DNA of 64,000 nucleotides from Bradymonadia bacterium. GTDB lineage: Bacteria; Myxococcota_A; Bradymonadia; UBA7976; UBA1532. The DNA lies in assembly GCA_046290225.1 (NCBI GenBank), contig JBKAGE010000078.1:141460-205459 (forward strand), read 5' to 3'. The notes under the pieces were generated by a model that saw only the letters and a list, made by a program, of their open reading frames with translations, did no database searches and had not been told where the DNA came from. A program made the translations under genes and the position numbers. The number at the start of each line of letters is the position of its first letter. The first letter of the stretch is position 1. Of this stretch, positions 9,197-18,592 are shown in pieces.

Positions 9197-10347
9197 AAGT
9201 CCATGATGACGGTGCGATCTTCATCGTCATCATAGGGCGGCGCGGTGTCTTGGACTGAGAGCGCCTCTTCGAGGTGAGCGAAGGCGCTCGGCGGAAGCGT
9301 CAGCGCACCCATGTCGTCTTCCTCGGCGTCTACCCTGGGCGACTCGTGGGTGATCGACGGCACCATGCCCAGCCAGTGCCCGACCCGCTCGAGGCCCTGA
9401 AACAGCTCCTCACGGGCCACGCCCTGTATCTGCTCTGCCGCGTCTGCAGCGGTCTTCATCCGCGCTCGGGCGTCGGCGATGGCCGGGTGCGCTCGAGGCA
9501 ACAGATCGAGCCGCGCCGCCACCGCGAGCAACAAGCCAGCGAAGGCTTGAGCCGAGGGCAGGCGGTTCGCCGCCTCGAGTTCGATGGCCCAGAGCACCAC
9601 GGCGACGAGATCATCGGGCACGTCGGGGCTACGCCCCTGAATGCTCGGTGGCGGCTCGCCATCGAGGAACCTGCGGAACAGCTCTGCGTGCTCCGCGGCC
9701 CGAAAGGGAATATGCCCGGTGAGCATCTCGTAGAGCGTGGCGCCGAGGCCGTACACGTCGACCGCCGGGGTCGGGGCCTCGCTGTTGAACTGCTCTGGAG
9801 GCATGTACCAGAGGGTGCCGACATTGGCCCCCACGAGGGTGAGGTTGTGGTTGTGCCCCACCCGCTTGGCCACGCCGAAGTCGGTCACCCTCAAGGTCTC
9901 GGCGTCCTCATCGTCGAGGAGCATGAGGTTGCCGGGCTTGATGTCTCGGTGGACCACCCCCTGCTCGTGGGCATACTGCAACGCCTCGGCGGCCTTGATG
10001 GCGATGCGCACACAATCGCCCACGGGGAGCGCCCCCTGTTGACGGGTCAGGTGATCCTCGATGGAGCCTCCACCGAGAAACTCCATCACGATGACCTGAT
10101 GCTCCGGGCTCTCGAGGTAATCGAAGACCCGGGCGATGTTCGGGTGCTCCAGACGAGCTTGCATGAACGCCCCGAGACGAAACCGGTCGGCCATGAGGCC
10201 TTCCTGCTCGTCCGAGGTCCTCAAGCGCATTTTGAGCGCCACCAGCCGATCGAGATACCGGTGTCGGCCGGAGAGGACCTGAGCCATGCCGCCGACGCCG
10301 ATCTGATCTTCGACGGCATATGGCCCAAGGGCGCTCGGAATGCTCAT
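9178..10347 (-). CDS. Hanks-type serine/threonine protein kinase
   Basis: GVGGMAQV glycine loop, VALK, HRDIKPGN catalytic loop, DFG, and an APE-like PPEQ segment. The C-terminal tail is acidic. Confidence 0.8.
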   Translation of the reverse strand: MSIPSALGPYAVEDQIGVGGMAQVLSGRHRYLDRLVALKMRLRTSDEQEGLMADRFRLGAFMQARLEHPNIARVFDYLESPEHQVIVMEFLGGGSIEDHLTRQQGALPVGDCVRIAIKAAEALQYAHEQGVVHRDIKPGNLMLLDDEDAETLRVTDFGVAKRVGHNHNLTLVGANVGTLWYMPPEQFNSEAPTPAVDVYGLGATLYEMLTGHIPFRAAEHAELFRRFLDGEPPPSIQGRSPDVPDDLVAVVLWAIELEAANRLPSAQAFAGLLLAVAARLDLLPRAHPAIADARARMKTAADAAEQIQGVAREELFQGLERVGHWLGMVPSITHESPRVDAEEDDMGALTLPPSAFAHLEEALSVQDTAPPYDDDEDRTVIMDFHLDED

Positions 10348-11078
10348 GCCTCTTCGTGCTCCTCGTCTACCTCGTCAGATGTATCGACCTCGCCGAGGGG
10401 ACCCTGAAATGCCCGGAAGCGTTTTGCCTGCCGCAGCATCGTGATGGCCCCGAACATGATGAAGCCATCTTCCCGCTCGTCCACCATCTCCAGCAGCGCG
10501 TCGAGATCGTAGTCCGAGAGTCGGGCGCCCAGACCAGCGCGGCCGAGCAAGCGCCAGTAGAAAGGCCCCTGCCCCGGATCGAGCACCAGAAGCTCCTCAG
10601 TGTCGAGCGCCAGCGGATCCACCACCGGGATCACCTGCGCTGCATCACAGAGGGCACGCTGAACCTCAGGCTGGCCTTCCCACAGGCCCTCTGCACGCCA
10701 CGCCACCCTGCACCCCTCGGGGCGCTGAGCACCAGGCCCCGCGAAGAACTCAGAGAAGGCCGCGCGGCTCTCCGCCGATGGTCGAAAGCCCCCAGGGGTG
10801 TGGATCATGATGACCCCGGCGCCGAGACGCCCTGCGGCCTCTGTAGTCCGCGCCCAGGCAGCCTCGGCCTCCGGGCCGGAGAAGCTGTTGGAGACCAGGG
10901 CCCGATCAGCAGGCAACACATATTTGCGCCCGGCGGGGGTCTCGCGGCCCCACCGGCTCAGGGTGTTCAACTTGACGCGTTCGAGCGTGTTTTCGGGCAG
11001 CTCTTTGAGATCGAGGTCAGCCCAATACTTAGAAGCGGGGCCTTGGAACCCCGCACATCCCACGTGGATCGTACTCAT
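10344..11078 (-). CDS. DUF72 (YecE-like) family protein
   Basis: Start chosen at MSTIHVGCAGF (DUF72 proteins begin ..IxIGTSGW). The stop overlaps the kinase start (ATGA). Confidence 0.45.
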   Translation of the reverse strand: MSTIHVGCAGFQGPASKYWADLDLKELPENTLERVKLNTLSRWGRETPAGRKYVLPADRALVSNSFSGPEAEAAWARTTEAAGRLGAGVIMIHTPGGFRPSAESRAAFSEFFAGPGAQRPEGCRVAWRAEGLWEGQPEVQRALCDAAQVIPVVDPLALDTEELLVLDPGQGPFYWRLLGRAGLGARLSDYDLDALLEMVDEREDGFIMFGAITMLRQAKRFRAFQGPLGEVDTSDEVDEEHEEA

Positions 11079-11135
11079 GGGCGGCATCATAGTCCGCACC
11101 CCCGGCCAAAGCCACAGGGCTTCTCTACTCCATGA

Positions 11136-12128
11136 TCACCACCGCAGGCCCGGACCCACCATATAGAGGGCTCGGGGCCCCTGCAGCGCAGCCTCGAGCC
11201 CTTCAAATGGGGCGCCATCCAGGTGACCGGCGAGCATCTCGAACAATCCGCGGCGTACGCTGTACCGCACGACGCGCACCGGCCCGCCCACCATGGCCTC
11301 GAGCCGCGCTTGGGCAGCCTCCGAATATCCCACGGCGTCGACGAGCCCTGCGTCGACCGCCTGTTGGGCTGAATACAGACGCCCGTCGGCGAGGGCACGT
11401 ACACGGGCCAGACCAGCCTCCCCTTCCCACTTGCGGCCATCGGCCACCACCTGCACGAAGCGGGTGTACATCTCATCGACGATGTTCTTCAGGATGGCCC
11501 GGTCAGCCTCAGAGGGCGGACGGGTCGGACTCAGCAGTTGCTTGTGAGGCCCCGAGGTCACTGAGGTGTCCGCCACCCCCACCCGCTCCATGAGGGCAGA
11601 AACATTGAGGGTGTTGATGATGACCCCGATGCTGCCCGTGACGGTGGTGGGCAGGGCCCAGATCTCGTCGGCGGCAGCGGCGAGGTACACACCCCCCGAG
11701 GCACACAAATCGCCCATGTGCACCAGCACCTTCGTGCCACCCGCTTTGAGATCAGTCAGGCGATGGTGCAACACGTCGGCGTCTGTGACCGAGCCCCCTG
11801 GGGTGTCGAGGCGCAAGAGCAGACCCACCACGGTGTCATCGTCTTCGATGGCGTCGAGCACGCGGTGCAGGTCACCTGATAAAGCCCCAGGTTGACGGCG
11901 CCGACCGCCCATCATCACCCCTTTGGCGTCGACGATGACCACAGTGCGGCTCACCCCCTCCGGCGCCGACTCCACCACGACCTGCATGGCCCCAACGCCC
12001 TCATCGGTGCCCTGGAACAGCCACAGCGCCATCAAAACCAGCATCACTGCGGGGGTGAGGGCCAGCAGCAAGCAGCCCCAACCGCGTCGCGGTGGCTGTG
12101 CAGGTGGAGGTTGATGGGGGTTGGTCAT
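11136..12128 (-). CDS. sppA: signal peptide peptidase SppA (36K type)
   Basis: S49 protease core: LLRLDTPGGSV, catalytic Ser in DLCASGGVYLA, GSIGVI. N-terminal TM. Start chosen at ATG 12128 after a GGAG RBS. Confidence 0.7.
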   Translation of the reverse strand: MTNPHQPPPAQPPRRGWGCLLLALTPAVMLVLMALWLFQGTDEGVGAMQVVVESAPEGVSRTVVIVDAKGVMMGGRRRQPGALSGDLHRVLDAIEDDDTVVGLLLRLDTPGGSVTDADVLHHRLTDLKAGGTKVLVHMGDLCASGGVYLAAAADEIWALPTTVTGSIGVIINTLNVSALMERVGVADTSVTSGPHKQLLSPTRPPSEADRAILKNIVDEMYTRFVQVVADGRKWEGEAGLARVRALADGRLYSAQQAVDAGLVDAVGYSEAAQARLEAMVGGPVRVVRYSVRRGLFEMLAGHLDGAPFEGLEAALQGPRALYMVGPGLRW

Positions 12129-12228
12129 GAAGTGCTCCAGGGAGATGTGGCCATGAGGGGCGTCAAACCAGTACCATGCCCGGCACCCAACAGGCCTCCC
12201 CAACAGGCGTCTTCGCCGGAGAGAGATC

Positions 12229-13500
12229 ATGAAACCCATCGAGCCGTCACCCGCTGACATCCCAGCCACCGTCGCTGCCACCGATCCCGTCGTGGCCCGC
12301 CTGATCGCTCAGGAGGACCAGCGTCAGCGCCAGACACTGCGGTTGATCCCATCAGAGAACTACGCCTCTGCAGCGGTGCTGCAGGCGTGCAGCTCGTCGT
12401 TGTCGAACAAGTACAGCGAGGGTTACCCAGGTCGTCGGTACTACCAGGGCCAGGCGTTCATCGATCAGATCGAGACCCTCGCTCAGGATCGCGCAAAGGC
12501 GCTCTTCGGCGCAGAGCACGTCAACGTGCAGCCCCTCTCGGGGGCACCGGCCAACCTGGCCACCTACGCGGCGCTGCTCAAGCCCGGCGATACCCTGCTC
12601 GGCATGACCCTGCCCCATGGCGGTCACCTGACCCACGGCTGGTCGGTGAGCGTCACAGGACAGTTCTACAATGCTGTGCATTACGGGGTGCGCGAGTCGG
12701 ATTGCTATCTCGACATCGACCAGGTGGCCCGCCTGGCCAAAGAGCACAAGCCCAAGATCATCGTCTGCGGCGGCTCGGCCTACCCCCGCATCATCGACTT
12801 TGCCGCCTTTGCAGAGATCGCGGAGTCTGTGGGTGCCCTGCTGATGGCTGACATCGCCCACATCTCCGGCCTGGTCGCCGGCGGCGTGCACCCCTCCCCG
12901 GTCCCTGTGGCTGACGTGGTCACCACCACCACACACAAGACCCTGCGCGGCCCCCGTGGCGGCATGATCATGTGCAAGCAGAGCCACGCCAAAGCCATCA
13001 ACCGTGCGGTCTTCCCTGGTCTGCAGGGTGGCCCGCACAACCACACCACTGCGGCCCTCGCCGTCGCCCTCAAAGAGGCCGACTCGGACGAGTTCAAGAC
13101 CTATGCGCGTGCGGTGGTGGACAACGCCAAGGCCCTCTCCGAGGGTCTGCTCGGACACGGCCTTGTGCCTGTCACAGGGGGCACCGACAACCATCTGCTG
13201 TTGATCGATCTGACCCCTCAAGGGGTGTCCGGCAAGAAGGCCGCCAAGGCCCTCGAAGCCGCAGGCATTGTCTGCAACGCCAACTCCGTCCCCTTCGACA
13301 CCCGAAAGCCCTTCGATCCGTCGGGCATCAGGTTGGGGACGCCGGCGCTCACCTCACGGGGGATGGGCCTCGACGAGATGAAGCAGCTTGCAGACTGGAT
13401 CGCGCAGGTCGTCGCAGCACCAGAAGACGAGGCTCTGCATGCTGGCATCGCCGGTGAGGTCGAAGCCATGTGCCAGGGGTTCCCGGCACCAGGACTCTGA
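12229..13500 (+). CDS. glyA: serine hydroxymethyltransferase
   Basis: Full-length SHMT: PSENY, TTTTHKTLRGPRGG (PLP-lysine region), 423 aa. Confidence 0.95.
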   Translation: MKPIEPSPADIPATVAATDPVVARLIAQEDQRQRQTLRLIPSENYASAAVLQACSSSLSNKYSEGYPGRRYYQGQAFIDQIETLAQDRAKALFGAEHVNVQPLSGAPANLATYAALLKPGDTLLGMTLPHGGHLTHGWSVSVTGQFYNAVHYGVRESDCYLDIDQVARLAKEHKPKIIVCGGSAYPRIIDFAAFAEIAESVGALLMADIAHISGLVAGGVHPSPVPVADVVTTTTHKTLRGPRGGMIMCKQSHAKAINRAVFPGLQGGPHNHTTAALAVALKEADSDEFKTYARAVVDNAKALSEGLLGHGLVPVTGGTDNHLLLIDLTPQGVSGKKAAKALEAAGIVCNANSVPFDTRKPFDPSGIRLGTPALTSRGMGLDEMKQLADWIAQVVAAPEDEALHAGIAGEVEAMCQGFPAPGL

Positions 13501-13561
13501 AGAATGAAGGCGAGCTGGGGGGCTTGCTCAGGCGCTCAACTCAGGCGCCCAATTCGGGCGT

Positions 13562-14293
13562 TCAACCCTCGGAAGGCCCAGAGGATGTAGCCTGAGGCGC
13601 CGAAGAGGCCTGGGTTGCCCCTTCTTCACCGCCACCATCCTTTCCACCAGAGCGACGGCGTCGACGGCGCCGGCGCTTTTGCCCGCCCTCGCCCTCGCCC
13701 TTCGGGGCATCAGCGCGGCGTTGCTGGCCATTGCCATTGCCGTTGCCATTGCCGTTGCCATTTCGAGAGCGATTGCGATTGCCGTTGCCATTCCGAGAGC
13801 GATTGCCGCCCTGGCCGCGGCCGCCACGCTTACGGCGGTTCTTGTTCTGCCCCACCATGCCGAGGTTGCCATCAGCACGCAGAGCAGCAATGGCTTCGAG
13901 ATCCTCCTCGGTGAATTCGGGTAGTCCGTTCCCCTTGATTTGGTTGGCGCCGGCGACCCCGGCTTCATCCTCATCCTCGACCATGCCACTCATCTCACGA
14001 CGGCAATTGCTGCAAATCACGTCATGACGATGTTTGGGCCATCTATCGAGGCTGACGGTGGTGCCGCAGACGGAGCAGGGGTACTCCACCGGGTTGCGGC
14101 CGCCGCTTCGGCGACCATTGCTGGGCTCTTGAACAGAGACACCGAGGCGGGCATTGGAACGCTCCCAGAACGAACGTGGATCGTTGTCGTCCTTCTGGTT
14201 GTTCCGACGGTGGCGCTCTGCGGCTTTCGGGTTGGGCTTACGCCCACGACCGCGACCGCGCCCCTTACGGTTGGCAGGCTGGTCCAAACGCAT
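13562..14293 (-). CDS. DksA/TraR-type C4 zinc-finger protein with Arg/Gly/Asn-rich low-complexity tails
   Basis: CSVCG-x17-CSNC has the same CxxC-x17-CxxC spacing and the L...P pattern as DksA/TraR. RGRGRGRK and NGNGNGNG tracts. Start chosen at ATG 14293 after a GGAG. Confidence 0.5.
   Translation of the reverse strand: MRLDQPANRKGRGRGRGRKPNPKAAERHRRNNQKDDNDPRSFWERSNARLGVSVQEPSNGRRSGGRNPVEYPCSVCGTTVSLDRWPKHRHDVICSNCRREMSGMVEDEDEAGVAGANQIKGNGLPEFTEEDLEAIAALRADGNLGMVGQNKNRRKRGGRGQGGNRSRNGNGNRNRSRNGNGNGNGNGNGQQRRADAPKGEGEGGQKRRRRRRRRSGGKDGGGEEGATQASSAPQATSSGPSEG
13728..13810 (-). repeat. hexanucleotide repeat (aatggcaacggc-type) encoding an NGNGNG tract
   Basis: ccattgccattgccgttgccattgccgttgcc on the plus strand, within the DksA/TraR-like gene. 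Confidence 0.6.
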
Positions 14294-14349
14294 CTCCGCT
14301 TGACGAGTGACGTACACGAAAACGGATCTCGCGCACATCATTGGGTCAA

Positions 14350-14362
14350 CCCCCTGAGGGGG
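14350..14362. other. tight GC hairpin CCCCC-TGA-GGGGG in the divergent intergenic region
   Basis: Perfect 5-bp G/C stem with a 3-nt loop, about 60 nt upstream of the DksA/TraR-like gene start. The region lies between divergent genes. Confidence 0.25.
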
Positions 14363-14767
14363 CAAACGACTGCAAGCTGTTGGGATAGGTGAGTTCTACA
14401 TGGGGTCTCGGCCCGAATGGCCGACACCTGAAAGTCACACCCGACTGACCTCGCCCTTTCCGAGGCTCGAACTGTGAATGGGTGGGACTTCAGGGATTCA
14501 AACCCTGCAAGCTCTTGGGGAGGGTAGCAGATCCTCGATGTACCTGCAAGTTGTCGTCAAAAGGCCACCGCCGTCGCCTGTATTCTCGAGATCCTCAGGC
14601 GCTGATGCCCGTGTAAGGATGATGCCCACGGCAGCTCTCTCCACGGGCGCTGGCCGATGAATGAATCCACGGGTCATGGGGTCAACGGGCAGGCCGCGGG
14701 CGTCGCCTGCTGCCTGACCTCTGCTCGATGTTGGAAAACTGTTGCACCGATGCTAAACGTGCCTTCG

Positions 14768-17113
14768 ATGAAGACGTGTCCCAGCTGCCAGGCTCTGTGT
14801 GAGCCTGAAGCCAGGTTCTGCCTGGAATGTGGTGAAGCCCTGGATATGGGGCCCATCGCTGATCCCCAAGATGATCCTTGGCAGGGTCGGGTTGTGGCCG
14901 GACGCTTTCAGATCATTGAAAAACTCGGCGATGGCGGTATGGGTGAGGTGTTCCTCGCCGAGCAGACCACCATGGAGCGCCGGGTGGCCCTCAAGGTACT
15001 CCGGCAAGAGCTCTGCGCTGATCCTCAACAAGTGGAGCGTTTCAAGCGGGAGGCCCAGGCGGCGAGCCGACTGTCTCATCCCAACACCATCATCGTGCAC
15101 GATTTCGGTCTCGACGAGGGTGGGGTGCTCTTCATCGCCATGGAGTTTCTCGAGGGCCAGACGCTCGATCAGGTGCTCGCCTCAGTCGGCGCCCTCGATC
15201 CCGAACGGGCAGTGCGGATCCTCGTACAGGTGTGTGCCTCTCTCGAAGAAGCCCATGCTCAGGGCGTGATCCACCGGGATCTCAAGCCCGAGAACATCTT
15301 CCTGACGCGCCGTGGTCAGACCGACGACTTCGTCAAGGTCCTCGATTTCGGCATCGCCAAGGTGCAGCGCAACGCTCAGGGGGGTCAGATGAGCAAGCTG
15401 ACCCGCACCGGCGCGATCTTCGGTACCCCTCAGTACATGTCACCGGAGCAGATCCGCGGCGAAGATCTCGACGCGCGCTCTGATGTCTATGCCATGGGGG
15501 TCATTCTCTACGAGGTGCTCTCCGGGCACCTGCCCTTCAAAGCGAACTCTGCGGTGGAGATGCTCACCAAGCACCTCTCTGAAAAACCGCCCCCGATCGA
15601 ACAGCCAGGAGCCGACCAGGAGATCATCGCCCACTTGCAGGCGATCTCCATGCGTGCGTTGTCGAAAGATCCTTCACAACGTCACACCTCGGTCCGGGCA
15701 TTTATGGAGGACCTGATGGCTGCTATTCCTTCGTTCTCGCTGCCCACGATGACCGGCATGGCCCCGGCCACCGCCGGCATCGCCCCTGCCACCATCCCTG
15801 TGGAGGTGGTCCTGCCTGCGCCTGGCGCTGACGAGCGCAAGCGCGCACCCATGATGGTCGCTCTGCTGGCGCTCCTCGTCGCTGGCGGCAGTGCTGCCTG
15901 GTACATGACCCAGGGCAGCGGCGGCGGTGGCGGCGGTGGCTTCGACGCCGGTCGCGCAGCCCCTGCGGCGCTCTACCAGGATGGTGAGGGCGAGGTCGAC
16001 CCCGCCAAGGCCGAGGCCGACGCCAAGAAGGCTGAGGAAGAGGCCAAGAAGGTCGAGGCCGAGGCCGCCAAGGCCAAGGCTGAGGCCGAAGCCAAGGAGA
16101 AGGCCGCTCAGGCGGAGATCGAGAAGGCCAAGGCCGCTGCTGCAGCTGCTGCCGACGAGAAGGCCAAGGCTGAGGCTGAGGCCGCCGCCAAGAAGGCCGA
16201 AGAGGACAAGGCCAAGGCCGAGGCTGAGGCCAAGGCTGCCGAGGAAGCCGCAGCTGCAGCCAAGGTAGAGGCCGAGGCCGCCAAGGAAGCTGCCGACGCC
16301 GCCAAGGAGGCCGAGGCCGAGAAGAAGGAGCAGGTCCAAGAGGCCCCCAAGGACGACGCAGAGGCCAAGGCTCTCGCCGCCAAGGCTGAGGCTGAGGCCA
16401 AGGCTGCCGCTGAGGCCAAGGCCAAGGCCGAGGCTGAGGCCAAGGCCAAGGCTGCCGCCGAGAAGGCTCAGGCTGAGGCCGCCAAGCGCGCCGAGGCCGA
16501 GGCCAAGGCCGAGGCCGCAGCAGCGGAGAAGGCCAAGGCCCAGGAGGCCAAGCTGAAGGCCGAAGCCGAGAAGCTCGCCGCAGAGGCCAAGAAGGCTGAG
16601 GCCGAGGCCGCCAAGGCCAAGGCTGACGCAGATCGCAAGAAGGCCGAGGAGGCCGCCGCCGCCGCCAAGGCCAAGGCCGACGAGGCTAAGGCCAAGATGG
16701 ACGCCGAGGCTCAAGCCCGCGCTGCCGCCGAGAAGGCCGCCGCGGAGTCCAAGGCCAAGGCCGAGGCGCTGCAGGCCGAGCTCGATCGCATCGCTGCGGA
16801 GAAGGCCAAGGCTGAGGAAGAGGCCCGCATCGCCGAAGAGAAGCGTCAGGAGGCCCTCGCCCGTCGCAAGGCCGCCAAGGCCAAGAAGCGCTACGTCAAG
16901 AAGGCCAGCCGTCTCTCTCGGGTCTTCGTGAAGACCAAGAGCCGTAAGGTGCGCATCTACGTCGACGGCCGCTTCCGGGGCACCACCCCGATGAAGGGCA
17001 TCAGCATCAAGGCCGGCAAGCACACCATCGAGGGGCGCCTCGGCAACAAGAAGACCAAGCGCAAGGTCACCATCAAGGGCGGCAAGGTCCAGCACGTGAA
17101 GCTGAGTATCTGA
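14768..17113 (+). CDS. Ser/Thr protein kinase with N-terminal zinc ribbon, TM helix, TolA-like Ala/Glu/Lys-rich helical region and C-terminal PEGA domain
   Basis: CPSCQALCEPEARFCLECGEAL zinc ribbon; kinase motifs GDGGMGEV, HRDLKPEN, DFG, SPEQ; TM MVALLALLVAGGSAAWY; about 300 aa of AEAKAKAEAE-type repeats; PEGA-like VRIYVDGRFRGTTP...GKHTI. An alternative start at 14657 is possible. Confidence 0.8.
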   Translation: MKTCPSCQALCEPEARFCLECGEALDMGPIADPQDDPWQGRVVAGRFQIIEKLGDGGMGEVFLAEQTTMERRVALKVLRQELCADPQQVERFKREAQAASRLSHPNTIIVHDFGLDEGGVLFIAMEFLEGQTLDQVLASVGALDPERAVRILVQVCASLEEAHAQGVIHRDLKPENIFLTRRGQTDDFVKVLDFGIAKVQRNAQGGQMSKLTRTGAIFGTPQYMSPEQIRGEDLDARSDVYAMGVILYEVLSGHLPFKANSAVEMLTKHLSEKPPPIEQPGADQEIIAHLQAISMRALSKDPSQRHTSVRAFMEDLMAAIPSFSLPTMTGMAPATAGIAPATIPVEVVLPAPGADERKRAPMMVALLALLVAGGSAAWYMTQGSGGGGGGGFDAGRAAPAALYQDGEGEVDPAKAEADAKKAEEEAKKVEAEAAKAKAEAEAKEKAAQAEIEKAKAAAAAAADEKAKAEAEAAAKKAEEDKAKAEAEAKAAEEAAAAAKVEAEAAKEAADAAKEAEAEKKEQVQEAPKDDAEAKALAAKAEAEAKAAAEAKAKAEAEAKAKAAAEKAQAEAAKRAEAEAKAEAAAAEKAKAQEAKLKAEAEKLAAEAKKAEAEAAKAKADADRKKAEEAAAAAKAKADEAKAKMDAEAQARAAAEKAAAESKAKAEALQAELDRIAAEKAKAEEEARIAEEKRQEALARRKAAKAKKRYVKKASRLSRVFVKTKSRKVRIYVDGRFRGTTPMKGISIKAGKHTIEGRLGNKKTKRKVTIKGGKVQHVKLSI
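16000..16900 (+). repeat. coding tandem-codon low-complexity repeat (GCC/GAG/AAG: Ala-Glu-Lys, TolA-like) inside the kinase gene
   Basis: About 900 nt of near-periodic gaggccaaggcc / gccgaggccaag units. Many spurious antisense ORFs in the ORF track sit here. Confidence 0.7.
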
Positions 17114-17214
17114 GCTCGTTCTGACCCCCACATCGCAACCGCCTGCCATCCGACCCCGCTCTGGGGTATCTTTCCTCCTGCCGCAGTGATCACCCCTCCC
17201 CCGTCGGGTTTGAT

Positions 17215-18576
17215 ATGACGAGACCCCTCTGGTGGGCCCTCTGGATCATCTGGCCGCAGTGCGCCCTTGGCGCACCTGCAGTCGCTGATGATTTTGAGCA
17301 GTTCACCCTCAGCTCTGCTCAGATGCATCCCCAGGTGGAGACTTGGGGTCCCGATTGCGGGCCGAGGCCCACAGTGGAGCAGCTGCCCACCTCTGGTCGC
17401 TATCGTTGGGGTGCAACGGGTCTGGTCGCCCTTGACGGTGCCCCACCGTTGATGACTGCGCAGACGTGCTCGGCGGTGACCAGGGTGCCGAATCTGAGGG
17501 GTCAGGTCGTCAGTCGTCGTCGGGTGATGTGCAAGGCGGCGCAAGGCGCCGAGCAGCAGACATCAGGTCAGGCGATCCTGACGGAGCTCGATGGTGGCGC
17601 ATTGAAGGTGGAGCACACCTTTGACCATCGCTGGCGACTCAAAGGATCTCAATGTGCTCTGCGACAAACCTTCACCTGGCACTTAAAGCCTGTAGCGGCG
17701 CCTATTTCAGTCACCGCCGCCCCCTTGAGCGCGGAGGCACCGCCCCCTGCTCCGACCATCGCAGAAGTGGAGAAGACAAAGCGAGCGCCTTCACCTCGCA
17801 AGGTAAGTCAACTCCGACCTCGCCCGATCTCGGCTGAGGCCCTCACCGAGCTGACCCCAGTGACTCAGTTGTCGGGCGATGATGCGGAGTCAGGCCGACT
17901 CGCCACCCCAGGCGATGCAGTGGAACTGGCATCGAAGGTAGACACAGAGGCACCGGAAGACACTGATGGCCTGCTCTGGGTCTTCGTGGGGCTCATGATC
18001 GCCATCACGCTCATGGGTGTGTATCTGTTGTGGCGCACTGTGCCCAAGAAGAAGGGCCACCACCCTCTCTCTCGAGACACGGTGGATGAACTTCGAGCTG
18101 CGGCAGTGCCAGGGGGGGTCGAGCCCTCGTCTTCCACTACGGGCAGCATGATGATGTCCGATGCAGGCCTGCTCGGCGCTCAAGGCCTGAGCGAAGCTAC
18201 GACCACAGCGGTTCAGGCCACCGTCTCCCCAACCTCAACCCCTGATCAGACGGTGTGCCCCCACTGCAGACGGCGCTACGACAACCAGACCTCTTTCTGC
18301 CCCCATGACGGGCACCCGTTGGAGTGGGTCACTCAGGCCGACGGGTATGATGACGACGAAGAAGCCGAGATGCCCCAAGGACATCAATGCGGACTCTGTC
18401 TTCAGATCTGGCCGAGCACCTTGACCCATTGCCCGGACGACGGCATGCGCCTCGAGGTGGCTCAGAGCCACGCCTCTGACATCGTCGCTCGAATTTGCCC
18501 TCAGTGTGGTGCACGCAGTGACGAGAGCTTCAGCTTTTGTCCCCTCGATGGCGCCGCCCTCGTGAACTTGAACTGA
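17215..18576 (+). CDS. membrane protein with three C-terminal zinc-ribbon motifs
   Basis: Signal peptide, then a central TM (LWVFVGLMIAITLMGVYLLW). Three CxxC-x(10-12)-CPxDG units: CPHC..CPHDG, CGLC..CPDDG, CPQCG..CPLDG. Confidence 0.5.
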   Translation: MTRPLWWALWIIWPQCALGAPAVADDFEQFTLSSAQMHPQVETWGPDCGPRPTVEQLPTSGRYRWGATGLVALDGAPPLMTAQTCSAVTRVPNLRGQVVSRRRVMCKAAQGAEQQTSGQAILTELDGGALKVEHTFDHRWRLKGSQCALRQTFTWHLKPVAAPISVTAAPLSAEAPPPAPTIAEVEKTKRAPSPRKVSQLRPRPISAEALTELTPVTQLSGDDAESGRLATPGDAVELASKVDTEAPEDTDGLLWVFVGLMIAITLMGVYLLWRTVPKKKGHHPLSRDTVDELRAAAVPGGVEPSSSTTGSMMMSDAGLLGAQGLSEATTTAVQATVSPTSTPDQTVCPHCRRRYDNQTSFCPHDGHPLEWVTQADGYDDDEEAEMPQGHQCGLCLQIWPSTLTHCPDDGMRLEVAQSHASDIVARICPQCGARSDESFSFCPLDGAALVNLN

Positions 18577-18592
18577 AGGCGCTGGGAGTCTT

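Noticed and set aside
13600-13990. Possible CRISPR-like or minisatellite array (repeated attgcc/gttgcc units)
   Set aside because: The repeats are 6-nt codon repeats inside an intact ORF encoding an NG tract. There are no spacer-repeat units of CRISPR size and no cas genes in the window.
14470-14515. tRNA-like T-arm hairpin (agggattcaaaccct on plus; gggtttgaatccc on minus)
   Set aside because: There is no complementary 5' acceptor strand within about 70 nt on either strand, and the loop lacks the conserved C56 (TTTGAAT / ATTCAAA). I treat it as a simple intergenic hairpin, not a tRNA or tmRNA.
15674-17149. Long antisense ORFs (e.g. 15674..17149 -, 16108..16449 -, 15927..16268 +) over the kinase repeat region
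   Set aside because: They are artefacts of the periodic GCC/GAG/AAG repeat. They translate to Leu/Gly or Pro/Arg low complexity, and the plus-strand kinase frame has clear domain homology.
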